Shown here piece after piece: positions 52,456 through 64,000 of a stretch of DNA of 64,000 nt. This DNA is from Torpedo marmorata (lineage: Eukaryota), in assembly GCA_977017645.1 (NCBI GenBank), contig OZ360230.1:103850001-103914000 (forward strand), in the 5' to 3' direction. The position numbers were made by a program, and so were the translations under genes. Position 1 is the stretch's first letter. Each line of letters opens with the position of its first letter. Under the pieces are notes generated by a model. The model had not been told where the DNA came from, did no database searches, and worked only from the letters and a program-made list of their open reading frames with translations.

Positions 52456-55400
52456 AATAGTTTTTTTTAACATGGGACACTTTGAAGGCTTATTTGAGGG
52501 GGCAAATAATTTCAGACACTAAAAATGTTAAGAAAAAATATTTGGCGGAAGTAAACGATTTAGAACAAGAAATTCTAGAGTTGGAAAAGGAATATCAACA
52601 ATCTGGCTCAAAGGAAAAATACCAAATTATGGTAAACAAGAAACTTAAGTATAACACTTTACAAACGTATCAAGTGGAGAAAGCTATTTTGAGATCCAAG
52701 CAAAAATATTATGAACGAGGCAAAAGGGCCCATAAGGTCTTGTCTTGGCAATTGAAGGCAGAAGAGACATTGAGGACAATTAACGCGATTCAGTTGGGAC
52801 CAGACAAGATATCACATAACCCGAAAGAGATAAATGATATTTTCAAGCAGTTCTATACAGAACTATATAAATCAGTCACCCAAAGATTTAACTAAGATAG
52901 ACGATTTTTTTGTCCAAGATTGATCAGACAAAATTAAACTCCCCTTTCTCCAGAGAGGAGATCGAAGAAGCCTTGAGTTCATTACAAGCTAAAAAATCAC
53001 CAGGGGAGGATGGTTTCCCGCCCGAGCTCTACAGAGAATTTAAAGAACTTCTGATGCCCCTTATTATGGATGTCGTCAACCGGGCAGCAGAAACACACAC
53101 TCTCCCAGAATCCTTTTCAACAACAATTATTACGGTTATACCCAAGAAAAATAGAGATCCATTAAAGCCTTCATATAGATCTATTTCATTGCTAAATGTT
53201 GATTATAGGATAATAGCTAAGGCAGAATCACAAACGGCAATGAGGAAGCGTACAGAAGGGAGATAGATCAGCTCGTTGAATGGTGTAATGGCAACAACCT
53301 TGAGCTCAACGTCAGCAAAACCAAGGAGATGATTGTGGACTTCAGGAGGAAGTCAGGGGAACACGACCCAGTCCTCATCGGGGGCTCAGTCGTGGAGAGG
53401 GTCAAGAACTTCAAATTCCTGGGTGTCAACATCTCCGAGGATCTGTCCTGGAGCATCAACGTTGATGCAATCACAAAGAAGGCTCGTCAGCGGCTATACT
53501 TTGTGAGGTGTCTGCGGAGATTCAGTATGTCACCAAAGACTCTCGTAAACTTCTACAGGTGTACCGTGGAGAGCATTCTGGCTGGTTGCATCACTGCCTG
53601 GTATGGAGGCGCCAACTCCCAGGACAAGAGTAAACTCCAGAGGGTTGTTAACTCAGCCTGTGACATCACAGGCACCAAACTTCACTCCATCGAGGACATC
53701 TACATGAGGCGGTGTCTTAAAAAAGCAGCCTCTATCCTCAAAGACTGCCACCACCCAGGCCATGCCCTCTTCACTCTGCTTCCATCGGGAAAAAGGTACA
53801 GGAGCCTAAAGTCGAGCACTCAACGGCACAAGGACAGCTTCTTCCCCGCTGCCATCAGATTCCTGAATAATCAATGAACCAAAGACACTGTCTTACTTTT
53901 CGTGCACTATTGTTTATCATTTTTATAGTAATGTCGTTAGATGGTTAATATGAATGTTAATTGCACTATGATGCTGCCGCAAAACACCGAATTTCATGAC
54001 TTGTTCATGACAATAAATTCTGATTCTGATTAGCTAATAGATTGGGTCATTATTTACCAAAATTGATAAATCCGGATCAAGTCGGCTTTGTGAAGAGGAG
54101 ACACTCTGCTAACAACTTGGGTAGATTATTTAGTATAAAACATTTGGCGCAATCCAAAATAGACCCGAGCATAGCCGAGTCTTTAGACGCGGAAAAAGCC
54201 TTTGATAGGCCGGAATGGCCTTTTTTATTTAAAGTACTTGAAAAGTTCGGACTGGGACAATCATTTGTCCAATGGGTAAAAACACTTTACTATAAACCTC
54301 GGGCTAAAATTATAACGAATGGGCAGATATCATCGACATTCTCACTGAGTAGATCTCGTAGGCAGGGTTGTCCACTGTCTCCAGGGCTTTTTGTATTAGC
54401 AATTGAACCTTTAGCGGAAGCTATCAGAAGGAATCCAGAAATAAAGGGATTCAGGGTGGATCACAAGATGAACTTGTTTGCAGATGATGTATTGTTATAT
54501 CTAACAGACCCGGCTGAGTCTTTGACCAAATTGCGGACTACACTGGAGGATTACGGTATGATTTCAGGATATAAAATAGATTTAGACAAAAGTGAAATTA
54601 TGCCACTGACGAAATTTGATTATAAGAAATATCAACAGGGGAGTCACTTTAGATGGCATCCAGAAGGTATCAAGTATCTAGGGATAATGACTGATAATAA
54701 TTTACAGATTTTATATAAACTCAATTACCTCCCGGTGCTTGGAAAGATGGAAGACAATTTACTTAGATGGAGAAGCCTGCCCATCACATTAGTGGGCAGG
54801 GTTAATTGTATCAAAATGCCGGTGATGCTGAAATTACAATACCTTTCTCAATCTTTACCTATCCCTTTGCCACAAACTTTTTTCAAAACACTTAATGGAT
54901 ATGTAAGACAGTTCATTGGAATGGTAAAGTTTCCAGAGTCTCCATGGAAAAGCTGACGTGGGATTATAAATTGGGGGGGTTTACGATTACCAGATTTTAA
55001 GAAGTATTACTTAGCAGCCCAGTCGAGGTTTCTCTCATGCTTTTTTGAGGAGGGTGATATCCTTCCATGGGTCCAAATTGGACTAAATACTATAGGGGAG
55101 AAAATAGCTAAGGACTTTATTTACAAATGGAACACCAAGTTAATATCAAATAGAACAAACAACCCCATTCTGGAACATATGATTAAAATTTGGCAAGAAA
55201 TCAATGAGTGTATTGGAGGAAAAGTTGGAATATCCCCCAAAACACCTCTGTTTCAAAATGAACTTATGCCCATGAATTTGGGTAATAAAATATTGAACGT
55301 TTGGTATCAGAAGGGGATTCAGTATATTGAAGATTGTTATGATAATGGACAGCTTATGTCCTTTGAACAACTTAAAGATAAATATGATTTGTTTAATAGA

Positions 55401-56439
55401 ACCTTTCACTGTTTTCTCCAATTAAGATCCTTCCTGCAAGAAAGGTGGGGCCCTACAATGACTCCACCTACAAGCAACGAGATAGAACAGTTACTTCAAC
55501 TGGGAAATGCACCCAAATTTATATCCAGAATGTACTTTGAGCTCCAAGGCGAAAGCCCTAAGCCAGGTATACATAGATCGAGGGAGAGGTGGGAGTTGGA
55601 CCTGGATACGACAATTCAGGAGCGTTGCTGGTCAGACTGGTGTCTGAATAGTATGACGACGGTTATTAATGCTAGATACAGGTTGGTCCAGTATAATTTC
55701 TTGCACCAACTATATCTCACACCACAAAAGTTACACAAATCAAAATCTGAAATATCAGAAATGTTTCAGATATGGTGGAAAAATTTGAACTTTCCTGCAC
55801 TCCACTTGGTCCTGTGCAAAGGTAAGACCCTTTTGGCATAATATATCTAATAAACTAACCAGAATTACGAGAGTAGACTTTCCACTGGACCCGGAGTTGT
55901 ATCTCTTAGGAAATCTAATGGACATAAGCTACAAATTATCTAAATTCCAAATTCAATTTGTGCTAGTTGCTTTGTCCGTAGCAAAAAAATGCATAGCAGT
56001 CACTTGGAAGTCCGACTCCCCCCTTCTTATCACTCAATGGTCAGCAGAAATGCGCAGCTGTATTCCTATGGAGAAAATCACATATAATCTTAGGAATAAA
56101 TATGATACATTTGTCAAGGTGTGGCAACCATGCCTAGAGTATATTGGTGTCCAGTTATAATTTAAACCCTAAAGTACAGTACAATGTAATGTATAAATAT
56201 TTAATGGTGTGACGTCTCCAAGAAGGTTGAAAAATCAATGTAAGCACTGACGTTACGTTTAGTTTTTTATTTTCTTTTTCCTTTTCTTCTGTATGTTTTA
56301 TTTTTTTTAATGTTTTTTCTTTTCAGTTGGGGAAGGGAGGGAGAGTTAATAATAATGTAGTGTATAATTGGAAATTGTATATTTTTTGTTTATATTGTGG
56401 ACTTTTGTTGAAAATGAAAAAATAATTATTTTTTTTAAA
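52456..56439 (+). mobile_element. 5'-truncated L1-clade LINE (ORF2 RT to Cys-rich end, frameshifted)
   Basis: KAYLRGQII, KSPGEDGFP, YRSISLLNVDY, SLDAEKAFDR, RQGCPLSP, LFADD; 19-bp TSD with one mismatch, aagagatcat(a/c)tttcaaat, at 52437-52455 and 56440-56458. Confidence 0.95.
53225..54029 (+). mobile_element. Rex/Babar-type LINE 3' fragment nested in the L1
   Basis: Uninterrupted 182-aa ORF MIVDFRRK..FKFLGVNISEDLSW..KKARQRLYF..HPGHALFTLLPSGKRYR; tail aataaattctgattctga. Removing it restores the L1 sequence IIAKA-LANRLG. Confidence 0.93.
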
Positions 56440-56440
56440 A

Positions 56441-56650
56441 AGAGATCATCTTTCAAATGAGGTTAAGCCTGTTTTTTTAGGTGGATGTGAAAGTATTGCA
56501 GCACTGTTCAACGAGCGGCAGAACTGTCTTTGTAAAATGTATCACTCAATTTCACTAAAACAGATTATCTGAAGAGTTTCGTTCACTGGCGTTTGTGGGA
56601 TCATGTTGAGAACAAGTTGGTTATAATATTTCACAAAATTACAAAATGAA
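56441..56650 (+). mobile_element. DeuSINE remnant (its head lies left of the L1 at about 52410-52455)
   Basis: aggtggatgtgaaag...cactaaaacagattatctg...gtttgtgggatc resembles the Deu domain. Confidence 0.6.
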
Positions 56651-57590
56651 TAAAAACTTTATACGTACTTTTCTGCTGAATAATTGGAGTTTTATCAATA
56701 AATACCTTTTAAAATCATCCTGTAGAATTCTCAAAGGAAACAGCAATTGCACATTTCAATAACATGCATCCAACGCCCTTTTGTCAACTTTCAAGTTTCA
56801 TTTAAAAACAGTATTGGTGTGTGATGTGAAACACCTCGATTTATCTTGGGCAGCCACTCCATCCAAACTGATATTTGACTGATACTGCACATTTTGTTTA
56901 TTTCTATCTTGGACCATGCAAGTCAAACAGTGGCTACCACTGATACCGAATTTGCAATCTAAAGCGATAAAATGGCTGAGAAGCAAATACAGCTTTTTTT
57001 TTTAAACCACTGAATATTCTCAAAATTGTTCTCAATATTTTGTGCATCACAAATGCAAACTCAATCTTTTTAGCATTGCAAACACTCTTCCACTATCAGG
57101 TATCCAGTGTTTGGCAATTAATATACAGAAACATTCAAACATTTTTAACAGGTGAATTTGAAATTTGCCCACAAAACATTGCTCCATCTGTTACCCCTGT
57201 TTTGCAGAATAGTTTAACAATAAAAACTCTGGAAATTAGTTGAGATTCTGTTGTATTACTGACTGCTAAGATCCCAGTCTGTTCCAGTGTATGAAGAGCA
57301 CCAATACTGCCAAAGGACTCACCAAGATTGAAACATTTGGATGACAGGACTCTAAATAACCATCATTTCTCAATATAGCTCTCCTGATTATTTAATAAAC
57401 CTCAGCTGCAACAAAGTTGTTTAACTCGCTTAACAAAGGTTACATGTACTACAGTGCAGGGAACACAATTGTAGACTGATCATAAAAAAACATCTTTTGA
57501 TCAAGTCAATAGAGTTTGTGAAATAAACAAGCGACTTAAAATGAAATTAAGAACTCAACCACCCACATTCTTCCAACTGGCAATAAAACT

Positions 57591-57836
57591 GGCATGGTTA
57601 GCGTAGCGATTAGCATGACGCTATTACAGAACCAGTGACCCGGGTTCAAATCCGGCGCTGTCTGTAAGGAGTTTGTACATTCACCCCGTGTCTGCGTAGG
57701 TTTTCCCAAAGGTACTCCGGTTTCCTATCACCATCCAAAATCGTACGGGGTTAATTTGGGTGTAATTTGGCTGCATGGAATTAAATGGCCGGAATCAGCT
57801 TCCACTGTGGTGTAAACAAAATTTTAAAATTTAAAA
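57591..57836 (+). mobile_element. V-SINE/HE1-like SINE
   Basis: tagcgtagcga A-box-like motif, gggttcaaatcc B box, shared core. Confidence 0.88.
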
Positions 57837-60639
57837 GCCATTTGATAAATAGCTTGCAAGTTTAAGCTTGTTAAACATCAATGTGTGCTTTTGATTCACT
57901 GTGTCCTTACAGTGAGTTGGTTGACTAGCTTTGGACTTCCATATCGTCCATGACTACTGTATCTCCTGCTCTTTGGATTTTTACACCATGATATGTTCTT
58001 TACCAACTTAATACCCTTGTTCATTTTGGAAGAGCTAATATTTATCATGTCAAAGGTTTCAATTAATATTCTGTATTCTTCTCACTTTGAGGGAGATAAA
58101 AGCAGAAATGGACTACAACTGAAGTTTCGCTAACAGAGACAGAGAAGCCTAAAGGTCATCTTAGGTGCTCAAGTCACTCACTAAACTATTTTTTTGAATT
58201 CGATCCAACAATTTTTAGTCAGGCGACTAGCCAAACTGTTATGCAACCATGCCTTTAATCTGTCTTGCATGATTCTACTTCAGCACAGTTGGCTTAACAC
58301 AAAATTTCTCTCCATTTCTGAACATCTCCCACAAATTTCTTAAGGATGTTCAATCAAGGGTTGTTTTAAATGTAAAGTGCAACCCAAGAGAATTTTGCTG
58401 TTACAATTGTTTGATGGGGAAATTTTTCAGAAAATGCACTTTGCATTCAAGATATAGTACACGAAGAAGCATCTTTTTTTCTTTCTCTTCCAACCTGAAA
58501 CTCAACTCAAGTGTTGGACAGATAGTACACCGTCTCTTCTCCTAATCCAAAAAATTCAGGATCATCGAGTTATGTCCCTGTCAATCATGCATTTATCAGA
58601 AGTAAGTTAACCAAAAAGTTATCATTCCAATCAGCTTCAGAATGAAAGGACATAATGCATCTTCTATGCCATTATACCTACCTTTCAAATGGCCACAGAC
58701 AGATCTCTGGGCTGAAGATGTGTAATAAAGGTGAAATATATTTGACTGTGACTGCACTTCATCATACTCTCATTTACACATACTGTAGCTAATAAAGACA
58801 CAGATGCCCAACAATGCTAGATAAATTCCTGAGAAAGAAAGGTGTGTGAAAGGGAGTGTTTGCAATGCCCTTTTCTTTGTATTTTTCCAATTTCAGTCGC
58901 TGTTTCCTGGTCCTCCAGTCTTGAGGCAAAGTTTCTCTGCCCAAAGTCCACTGCTGCAACCCTTAAACAGCAAAAGCAGAAGATGTAAAAGGACAGCAAC
59001 AGCAAGTCCACATGATAAGGACCATCTCGAAACCTATAACCTCGCCTAGGTGATACACAAAATATCAGCCCTTCACTTTCACTTTACTAGAAGGCACCCA
59101 CACCACCCTGCCTCCTAGTTAAACTCCCCATTTTCTTTACACCCAAGACTACAATCACTTTACCTCTAACACGCCAATTTTTCCAGGAAATGTGCAGAAA
59201 TAAATATTGGGTTTCAACTGAAAAGGTGTTTTTAGTTCCTGAGGAACTCAAAACTCAAGGCCAAAAATATAAATTGGACAAATTAATCCATGAGATTAAA
59301 GTAACTGAGGCAAGTGGGGGCATTGGAGAAAGATAAAGAGACAATGACATAATAGACTGATGGTGGCAAAAAGTAAGCAGAAAGACTTTTCACAGCAAAA
59401 ACTCGTTGGATTACATACACTTTTCTGTGCTTAGTTACATACAGATCAGTGCCAAAAACTCCAATGATTTTGGGAACCTGTGGAAGTTTACAACTCAAGA
59501 ACTGAAAATAAGCATTAAAAACTACATGCATGTCACATTTTTCAGCAGTTAAGAAATATGTTTCAATTGAAACTGGGATGAAGAATTTTTAATAATCGTT
59601 TGAATCAAAGAACAAGAAAAGCTTATTTTGTGTTTGGCATTATTTAATATTAACCATACATTTGGCTTAAAAATGGGGCTTCAGTGTGGAAAGGACGCAT
59701 GGACGAAGCAACTAATTGCATTTGTTCTGGTCACAATAAAAAAGCACAAGTTAGTGATGTGATGAGGTAACTTGGTGGCTGGGGATGAAGTATCACTGGA
59801 TGAGTAAAAATGCAAATAATCATGGACAACTTCAGATGTTCAGCTATTACTTTGGATTTTTATAAGATGGAAATCACAAGTTGATGCATTTCCCTCAGGC
59901 AAAATTCAACAATTTGTCTATGGCCTTTTTGATAACTGAGTATCCTGATTGTCAAATGTCAGAAACAACCTAGATATGACTCCCAATTTGAAGCAAAAAT
60001 TCAATTCAATTGAAAAAAATTCAAGACTCAAAATTGATTGATATAATCAGTAAATCTTAGCGAGAAAAAGAAAATCCAGCAGATCATTTAAGTCATGCTA
60101 CATCTCCTTTCAGAAAATTAGACAATTTTGCAGTTCCTCTTCTCAGTGTAACTGTGTCTTCCAGCCACTAGCTCTGGAAATCAATTTGTCCAAAACTGTA
60201 CATTTCCATTGTTCAATACTTGCCCCCCTCCCACCTCTTGCCAGTTTCCATTGCCTTCTGACAATCAACAAGCCAAGTGCAAAATTATCTGCACACTTTC
60301 CATGGTCTTGTTTTATTGAGGCCACACATCACTGTGATAGCTAGAGGCCAAACAGTCCTTCTACTACATTATTAATATCCCTGAAGATGCTCAACCATCC
60401 AGTTTTACTTCATCGGAAAGTTTGGATATAGCAGGGCTCCCCAGGTTCAGGTGACCTGACTTGCGGAAATCTGACTTTCTACATATTCTCCAATACACTT
60501 TACAAGATAATTATTTTTTGTGGTCTTCAGTATGGATACAGTATATATTCCATGAGTTTAATTACAGGTCGTGTTAATATGAATATTCAATTAAATGAAA
60601 TTAGCATATGAAGAGCATATTCAATCCTTTGATCCACTC

Positions 60640-61490
60640 ATGACTGTAGCATAACACTATTCTAACTCCATCTACAAGTTTGCAGAGGACACCATTGTCA
60701 CAGGCTGGATCTCACACAATGAGACAGAGTATAGGGACGAAATAGAGCATCTTGTGGCATGGATAACATGATCTCATTTAATGTCAGCAAAACTAAGTTG
60801 CTGGTCAGTGATTTCAGGAAACCGAATGGAGCACATCCCTACATATATCAAGGGTGATGAAGGTAGAAAACTTCAAGTTCTTAGGAGTACATATCACTAA
60901 CACCATGTTCTGGTTCAACCACTTTGATGTTACAATCAAGAAAGCATACCAAAGACTCCACTTTCTCAGAAGCCAGAGGAAATTTTGCATGACCCCAAAA
61001 TCTCTTACCAACTTTTAAAGATACACCACAGAAAGCATCCTGTCTGCCTGATACAGAAACTGCTCTGCTGAGAGCCACCATGCAAACCAATACACTCCAT
61101 CGACTACGCCTGTAACTCCTGATGTTTCAGTAAAGCTGCCAACATATCATAGGATCTATCCCACCGTGGTCATACTCTCTTCATGCCCCCCTCCACCTTT
61201 TCCATTGGGCAGAAAATACGCATGCTTAGACATGAATCTCCAGATTTAATGAGTTTCTTTCCTTCTGTTATCAGACTTAAATGGATCTCACACCAGCAAA
61301 AGATGATGTACTTGCACTTTTATTGAATTTTATTTTCTACACTTGGCCCCATTTGTCATTGTATCACTACATCCTACATTGTTTTCATATTTATTACTGC
61401 ACTCCCAGCTGTACAAGTTGATTTGACTGGATAGCACACAAAACATAGCTTTCTACTGTATCCCAGTACACATGACAATAAAACAATTCA
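60640..61490 (+). mobile_element. Degraded Rex/Babar-type LINE 3' portion
   Basis: gtttgcagaggacaccattg (FADDT-like), aatgtcagcaaaactaag, aacttcaagttcttagg; tail catgacaataaaacaattcaa. Confidence 0.8.
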
Positions 61491-61808
61491 AGTAACCCAT
61501 GAGTGCCTGTATGCCTGGCCCTCTCAAGTAATTTGGCAGCTTGGACACCAGCACTGACCCTTGCTGTATCCCACTAATCATCCCGACTTGAAAATAAACT
61601 ATTTCTACTGTTTTTGTTTGTTAAACAATCCTCACCGCAAGTTATCGAATTGTATTTTGTTCAAGACCGTTCTTTGCCACCCATTTTAAGGTTCCTCCAA
61701 AATACCCTCCAATCGCAAGTTTACCATCATCCATTTCACTTGCTGCGACATAAAAAAACGAGTTCCGTTCATTAATTCATGCTCTGTCCGATCCCATTAT
61801 TTTCAGTG

Positions 61809-63036
61809 AAACATGAAAGTCGACAGACGCTGTGGTAAAAACACACTGAAATGCTGGAGGAACTCAGCCGGTCTTTCAGCGTCCATAGGAGACAGATGTA
61901 TTGCCAACGTTTCGGGCCTGAGCCCTCCTTCACGGAATTAGCAGAATGATCAAAAAACAGGACATCTCAGAACACAGACAATGCTTGCTGGTGGAGGAAT
62001 CTAGACCAACAAAAGGTGTTAATTGGATATAAGGGGAGAAGTGATAATTCATTATGTCTGTGTGAAAGGAGACAGGAAAGGGAGAGAGTCAAGCTGGGGT
62101 AAGGTGACAGGGTAATTGGGGGGGGGGGTTTAAATGAAAGCCAGAGAAGTCGATATTAATGCCATCCGGTTGGAGGGTGCCCAGTCGGAAGATGAGGTGT
62201 TGCTCCTCCAATTTGCGGGTGGTCTCAGTCTGGCAGTGCATGAGACCATGGACACGTCAGCAAGGGAATGGGATGGGGAATTGAAATGGGTGGCCACTGA
62301 GAGATCCACGCTATTGCCGTGGACAGAGCCAGAGTGCTCAACAAAGCAATTCCCCAGTGTGCGCCCAGTCTCTCCGATGTAGAGGAGACCACAATGGGAG
62401 CACTGGTAGTAGATGACCCCTGCAGATTCACAACTGAAATGTTTTCATAAGTGAAAAGTGAAACGTGAATCTGCAGGGGTTATCTACTGCATCCAGTGCT
62501 CCCGTTGTGGTCTCTACATCGGAGAGACTGGGCGCAGACTGGGAGATCGCTTTGTTGAGCACCCCAGCTCTGTCCGTCACAATAGCATGGATCTCCCAGT
62601 GGCCACCCATTTCAATTCCCCATCCCATTCCCTTGCTAACATGTCTGTCCAGAGTCTCATGCACTGCCAGACTGAGACCACCCACAAATTGGAGGAACAA
62701 CACCTCATCTTCCGACTGGGCACCCTCCAACTGGGTGGCATTAATATCGATTTCTCTGGCTTTCGTTAAACCTCCCCCCCCCACTTTTTCCCCCAGCTGT
62801 CTCTCTCCCTTTTCCCTGTCTCCCTTCGCACAGACACAATCAATTCTCACCTCTCCCCTTATCATATACAATTAACACCTTTTGTTGGTCTTGATTCCTT
62901 CCCCAGCCAGCATTGTCTGTGTTGTGAGATTTCCTGTTTTTTTCTCATTCTGCTTATTCCTTGAAAAAAGGCTCAGGCCCGAAAGGTCAGCAATATATCT
63001 TTGTCTCCTGTGGACTCCAGCATTTCGGTGTGTTTT
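61809..63036. mobile_element. Inverted-repeat Penelope-like insertion (two GIY-YIG/3' halves head-to-head) with 17-bp TSD
   Basis: - arm 61809-62431, 33-nt spacer, + arm 62465-63036 (ORF ESAGVIYCIQCSRCGLYIGETGRRLGDRFVEH); tcccattattttcagtg at 61792-61808 and 63037-63053. Confidence 0.93.
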
Positions 63037-64000
63037 TCCCATTATTTTCAGTGCTTGATTAACAATATATTCTCTGTTTCCTTATTAATAATATTGTTAA
63101 TTGGTTTGTAATTTTCCGTTTTCTCTCCCTTGCTTTCTTAAAATTTGGGATTACATTTTTCAGTTTTCCAGTACTAAATCTACAGAATTTTGGAAGATAA
63201 CCAGTGCATCCACTATCTCCATTGTCAACCCATTCAAACATTTGGGGTGATGGTCATTAGCTCCAAGGATATTGGCTTTCAATACCATTGATTTCTTTCC
63301 ACTCGTTCAGACAATTGTAATCCACCATTTTAAGGTTTTACACGTCATCCATGAGTTCAGATAAAATATTAGCTTAATTTTTCTGACATTTGCGTATTCT
63401 CCAGTATATTTTCCATCTCAGCCTGAGACACCCAGATTAATATTCTAATATTATTCCTTTTTGCTTATCTATGGATGTTTTCAATCTGTTCATGTTTCAT
63501 GCTTAGATTTCTTCCTTACTCTGCTTTCCCTTCTCAATGCCTTGCGAAATCCTGAAATTATTCCAATGATCATGTTGTCAATTAGAACAGGAAGCCTAAA
63601 TTATATTTAATTGAACATTACACTTCACTTCATTTGTGAACAAGAGCTGTACTACCTGTCCACGTTTTGGTCCTCAAAAGGGATACTTTAAACGTTAGAC
63701 ATTGCGTGTTTACTATCATAATCTTTCAGTACACATTCTTAATCTAGCAAAGCCAACTCACATCGCCACATTTTGTTTTGATTGGACTTAAGACACTGAT
63801 TGCAGATTGACTAAATAACTTTAAACTTCATTTTCATTACTGGGTGATTTTCAAACAGCCCATCACAAACTGCACCTCATTTTGGAGCCACGTTTTGGAA
63901 TGGTTCTTCTAATTCTAAAGTGAACAATGGTTCCAGCCATTGCATACTTTTCCATCTTCAGCCATTTCAATGTTACCTTAAACTTTTACTCTGAGGTTTT

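Noticed and set aside
53214-54037. tagctaa on both sides of the Rex/Babar insert as a TSD
   Set aside because: Both copies are native L1 coding sequence (ATA GCT AAG GCA TTA GCT AAT = IAKALAN), so this is not a duplication.
43271-64000. WDR33 non-coding exon 1 and promoter
   Set aside because: No CpG island or other support outside transposons; cannot be placed from sequence.

Overview
AT-rich vertebrate genomic DNA. The repeat content (V-SINE/HE1-like and DeuSINE SINEs, CR1, Rex/Babar, L1/Tx1, Penelope) points to a cartilaginous fish; this is an inference. The only host gene I can support is WDR33 (the AAUAAA-binding CPSF subunit) on the minus strand. Six coding exons (numbered 2-7 as in human; codons 1-242) lie between 43270 and 9343, all with GT-AG boundaries and consistent phase. 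The non-coding first exon and exon 8 onward were not found in the window. The rest is intronic and dominated by transposon remnants. Top observation: the frame of exon 6 runs through a weak donor for 108 codons into intron 6, giving a hydrophobic, Cys-rich tail. The stop codon overlaps AATAAA, and the tail resembles (from memory) the unique C-terminus of human WDR33 V2, the ER/STING-associated isoform. Exon 7 shows a second stop+AATAAA read-through. Other notable structures: two fold-back Penelope insertions with long perfect TSDs, hammerhead-like motifs, an L1 with 5' inversion plus apparent 3' transduction, two intact TA-flanked MITEs and a compound minisatellite. Boundaries of degraded repeats are approximate, and family names come from recognition, not database search.
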